Shown here piece by piece: positions 59,907-64,000 of a stretch of 64,000 nucleotides of DNA (position 1 is its first letter; every line of letters begins with the position of its first letter). A program made the position numbers and the translations under genes. The notes below the pieces were generated by a model, which saw only the letters and a program-made list of their open reading frames with translations, made no database searches and was not told the DNA's origin. The DNA is from Squalus acanthias (Eukaryota). The stretch spans positions 620,001-684,000 of the forward strand of contig CM059433.1 of NCBI GenBank assembly GCA_030390025.1, written 5' to 3'.

Positions 59907-60926
59907 ATAGTAAGAGAGGAAGTATTAAGGGGTTTAGCATCCTTGAAAGTAGATAAATTGCCAGGGCCGGATGAAATATATCCGAGGCTATTAAAAGAAG
60001 CAAGGGAGGAAATTGCGGAGGCTCTGACCATCATTTTCCAATCCTCCCTGTCTACAGGAGTGGTGCCAGAGGATTGGAGAATTGCTAACGTTGTACCATT
60101 GTTCAAAAAGGGAGGAAGGGATAAACCGAGCAATTACAGGCCAGTTAGTTTAACCTCGGTGGTGGGAAAATTACTGCAATCAATTCTGAGGGACAATATA
60201 AATCTTCATTTAGAAAGACATAGATTAAGCAAGGACAGTCAGCATAGTTTTGTTAAGGGAAGGCCGTGTCTGACTAACTTGATTGAATTCTTTCAGGAGG
60301 TAACAAGGAGGGTCGATGAGGGCAGTGCATTTGGTGTAGTCTACATGGATTTTAGCAAGGCTTTTGACAAGGTCCCACATGGCAGGCTGATCAAAAAAGT
60401 AAAAGCCCCTGGAATCCAAGGGAGAGTGGCAAATTGGATCCACAATTGGCTCAGTGGCAGGAAGCAAAGGGTAATGGTTGAGGCGAGGTTTTGCGACTGG
60501 AAGGCTGTTTCCAGTCGGGTTCCACAGGGCTCAGTACTCGGTCCCTTACTTTGTGTAGTATATATTAATGATTTAGACTTAAATTTAGGGGGCATGATAA
60601 AGAAAGTTGCAGATGATACAAAAATTGGCCGTGTGTTTGACAGTGAGGAGGAAAGCTTTAGACTGCAGGAAGATATCGACGAACTGGTCAGTTGGGCAGA
60701 AAAGTGGCAAATGGAATTCAATCCGGAAAAGTGTGAGGTAATGCATTTGGGGAGGGCAACAAGGCAAGGGAATACACAATTAATGGGAGGATACTGAGAG
60801 GTGTGGAGGAACAGAGGGACCTAGGAGTGTTTGTCCACAGATCCTTAAAGGTAGCAGGACAGGTCGATAAAATAGTTAAAAAGGCATACAAAATGTTTTC
60901 CTTTATTAGCTGAGGCATAGAATATA

Positions 60927-61083
60927 TGCTTTGGCGATTCTGTATCTAATTTACTTCACCTGAGGAAGGAGCAATCGATAGCTCCGAAAGCTTGTGATTT
61001 CAAATAAAACTGTTGGACTATAACCTGGTGTTGTGCGACCTCTCAATTTTGTCCACCCCAGTCCGACACCGGCATCTCCGCAT
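60927..61083 (+). mobile_element. Short Penelope-like/retrozyme-like insertion
   Basis: 157 bp inserted in CR1 ORF2 between direct repeats CATAGAATATA (60916-60926 / 61084-61094). Contains a hammerhead core followed by AATAAA. Confidence 0.75.
60956..60997 (+). ncRNA. Minimal type-I hammerhead ribozyme motif
   Basis: TCAC-CTGAGGA-a-GGAGC-aatcgata-GCTCC-GAAA-GC-TT-GTGA: stem I TCAC/GTGA, CUGANGA box, 5-bp stem II, GAAA box and a palindromic stem III (AAGCTT). Confidence 0.75.
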
Positions 61084-62242
61084 CATAGAATATAAGAGCA
61101 GAGAGATTAAGCTTGAACTGCATAAAACATTTATTAGGCCACAGCTAGAGTACTGCGTACCATTCTGGTCACCACATTACAGGAAGGATGTGATTGCACT
61201 AGAGAGGGTGCAGAGGAGATTTACGAGGATGTTGCCAGGACTGGAGAATTTTAGCTATGAGGAAAGATTGGATCGGCTGGGGTTGTTTTCCTTGGAACGG
61301 AGGAGGCTGAGGGGAGACTTAATTGAGATGTATAAAATTATGAGGGGCCTAGATAGAGTGGATAGGAAGGACCTATTTCCCTTAGCAGAGAGGTCAATAA
61401 CCAGGGGGCATAGATTTAAAGTAATTGGTAGAAGGATTAGAGGGGAGATGAGGAAAAAAAATTTCACCCAGAGGGTGGTGGGGTTCTGGAACTCACTGCC
61501 CGAAAGGGTGGTAGAGGCAGAAACCCTCATCACATTTAAAAAGTACTTGGCTATGCACTTGAAGAGCTGTAACCTACAGGGCTACAGACCTAGTGCTGGC
61601 AGGTGGGAATAGGCTGGAGAGCTCTTTTCCGACCGACACGGACATGATGGCCGAATGGCCTCCTTCTGAGTCGTTTTTCTATGATTCTATGATTTTATGA
61701 TAGCAAGGAAGGTGAATCCAATGTTTAGGTAGAAAACAGTCACTGGGCAAGTGGTGGAGCAACAGCACCTCCAACCTTTTGTATGATGATGGCAAAGGGC
61801 ATGCTGCTGCATGAAGTGGGTGAGAATAGGGTTTGCTCTATTTGACAATCCAGAGCATGCATTTGGTAGGAGGTGGCAGCCATGCTATTTTTGGTATCTA
61901 CAGAACCTGCGAAGATGTGCAGAAAGTGATATATTTTAAGGAACCTGGCAAGGTGAGACAGTACCATTTATCAGGTAGATGGGCCAAGATTTCATGCCAC
62001 AAAGAGTTAGCTGTCAACATATTCCACACTTACTGTTCACCCATGCCATTTTCATACAACCTTACAGCTCTTTCAATTCAACCCATGCATGCTCATTCTT
62101 CAGCACAGCACACATTCAAACTGCAGTTTACAATTCAAAGCTTTTATCATACGCACATTTTTCAAGGGCTTCACACATCAAACCATTGTAATACAAATAT
62201 GAGTGATTACTGTCACCCAGGATAGGCTTCAGGTGGATCATA

Positions 62243-63630
62243 TTTCTTTTTATTCGTTCATGGGATGTGGGTGTCGCTGGCAAGGCCAGCATTTATTGCC
62301 CATCCCTAGTTTCCCTTGAGAAGGTGGTGGTGAGCCGCCTTCTTGAACCGTTGCAGTCCGTGTGGTGAAGGTACTCCCACAGTGCTGTTAGGGAGGGAGT
62401 TCCAGGATTTTGACCCAGCGACGATGAAGGAATGGTGATATATTTCCTTGTCAGGATGGTGTGTAACTCGGAGGGGAGCTTGGAGGTGGTGGTGTTCCCA
62501 TGTGCCTGCTGTCCTTGTCCTTCTAGGTGGTAGAGGGAGCGGGTTTGGGAGGTTCTGTCAAAGAAGCCTTGGCGAGTTGCTGCAGTGCATCTTGTAGATG
62601 GTACACACTGCAGCCACGGTACATCGGTGGAGGAGGGTGTGAATGTTTAAGGTGATGGATGAGGTGCCAATCAAGCGGGCTGCTTTGTCCTGGATGGTGT
62701 CGAGCTTCTTGAGTGTTGTTGGAGCTGCACTCATCCAGGCAAGTGGAGAGTATTCCATCACACTCCTGACTTGTGCCTTGCAGATGGTGGAAAGACTTTG
62801 GGGAGTCAGGAGGTGAGACACTTGCCGCAGAATACCCAGCCTCTGACCTGCTCTTGTAGCCACTGTATCTATATGGCTGGTCCAGTTAAGTCTCTGGTCA
62901 ATGGTAACCCCCAGGATGTTGATGGTTGGGGATTTGGCAATGGTAATGCCATTGAATGTCATGGGGTGGTGGTTAGACTTTCTCTTGTTGGAGATAGTCA
63001 TTGCCTGGTACTTGTGTGGTGCGAATGTTACCTGCCACTTATCAGCCAAAGCCTGAATGTTGTCCAGGTCTTGCTGCATGCCGGCATGGACGGCTTCATT
63101 ATCTGAGGAGTTGAGAATGGAACTGAACACTGTGCAATCATCAGCGAACATCCCCACTTCTGACCTTATGATGGAGGGAAAGTCATTGATGAAGCAGCTG
63201 AAGATTGTTGGGCCTAGGACCCTGCCATGAGGAACTCCTGCAGCGATGTCCTGGGCTATGATGATTGACCTTCAACCATCGCAACCATCTTCCTTTGTGC
63301 TAGGTATGACTCGAGCCAGTGGAGAGTTTCCCCCCTGATTCCCATTGACTTCAGTTTTACTAGGGCTCCTTGATGCCACACTTAGTCAAATGCTGCCTTG
63401 ATGTCAAGGGCAGTCACTCTCACCTCACCTCTGGAATTCCGCTCCTTTGTCCATGTTTGGACCAAGGCTATAATGAGACCTGCAGCCGAGTGGTCCTGGT
63501 GGAACCCAAACTGAGCATTGGTGAGCAGGTTATTGGTGAGTAAGTGCTGTTTGATAGCACTACCGACAACACCTTCTATCACTTTGCTGATGATTGAGAG
63601 TAGACTCATGGGGCGGTAATTGGCTGGATA
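62243..63630 (-). mobile_element. 5'-truncated copy of the second non-LTR family (homologous to 23240-24581)
   Basis: ORFs 63382..63639 (DIKAAFD) and 62558..63157 (MFADD). The 3' end matches 24520-24581. Confidence 0.9.
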
Positions 63631-64000
63631 TAGCATCATTGGTTACCCTGTAATTTTAGACATGCAATGGTGCAGTCATATTGGGCAGTAATGTCATGCT
63701 CATCAGTGGAAAGGGGATGAAAGTATTAGTTGTGCTGGCTGACATGTCAGTCACCTGTTTTGATACATGTAGGAGCAGCACATTAACTGATACTGCAGTG
63801 CTAGCTGGGAATGAGCCATGGGCAGTGATGACCTTGCCAACCACATGGTCCTATTTAATAATTTGGCTGCAGGTGTCTTTGCTACAATGGCAAAGCTGCC
63901 TCCCTGCTGACCTGGGCAAGCTGAGGCAGTTGTCCTCAATCATTAGCAGGTAGGTGTGCCAATGTCTGTAGATAAATGCAGTCTGGTGTCTGCTGATCTT

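Larger units (their letters stand above)
52440..61700 (+). mobile_element. Near full-length CR1 (copy G) carrying a Gypsy (5' UTR), a MITE and a Penelope-like insertion
   Basis: 5' UTR motif at 52449-52487, ORF1 from ATG 56972 with esterase (HIGTND), endonuclease 57887-58703, RT 59943-60797, C-terminus to 61612, (ctatgatt)n tail at about 61680-61700. Confidence 0.88.

Noticed and set aside
61013..61612. 199-aa ORF with a new N-terminus
   Set aside because: Chance in-frame join of the 157-bp insertion to the CR1 ORF2 C-terminus, starting at a non-ATG codon.

Overview
Eukaryotic, repeat-dense DNA. The repeat families (CR1 LINEs with an esterase ORF1, V-SINE/HE1-like and Deu-domain SINEs) point to a cartilaginous fish; this is inference. 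No host protein-coding gene can be confidently called, only a few weak candidate exons. Most of the window is nested transposons: about 10 CR1 copies or fragments, two near-complete Ty3/Gypsy LTR elements, a probable solo LTR, a decayed autonomous PIF/Harbinger element (transposase plus an intron-containing Myb/SANT gene) with related MITEs, Penelope-like fragments carrying minimal hammerhead-ribozyme motifs, SINEs and a G-run minisatellite. The strongest leads are three. (1) One Gypsy element (18738-23237) has no tRNA primer-binding site; the 12 nt at that position are instead perfectly complementary to its own LTR across the ATTAAA signal, suggesting self-priming and/or poly(A)-signal masking, and its RT motif reads YLDN. 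(2) Two distinct families of minimal type-I hammerhead motifs are present, one as a 157-bp insertion with an 11-bp target duplication. (3) A four-level transposon nest spans 3330-15920. All calls were made by eye with no database search; boundaries not fixed by a TSD or TIR are approximate.
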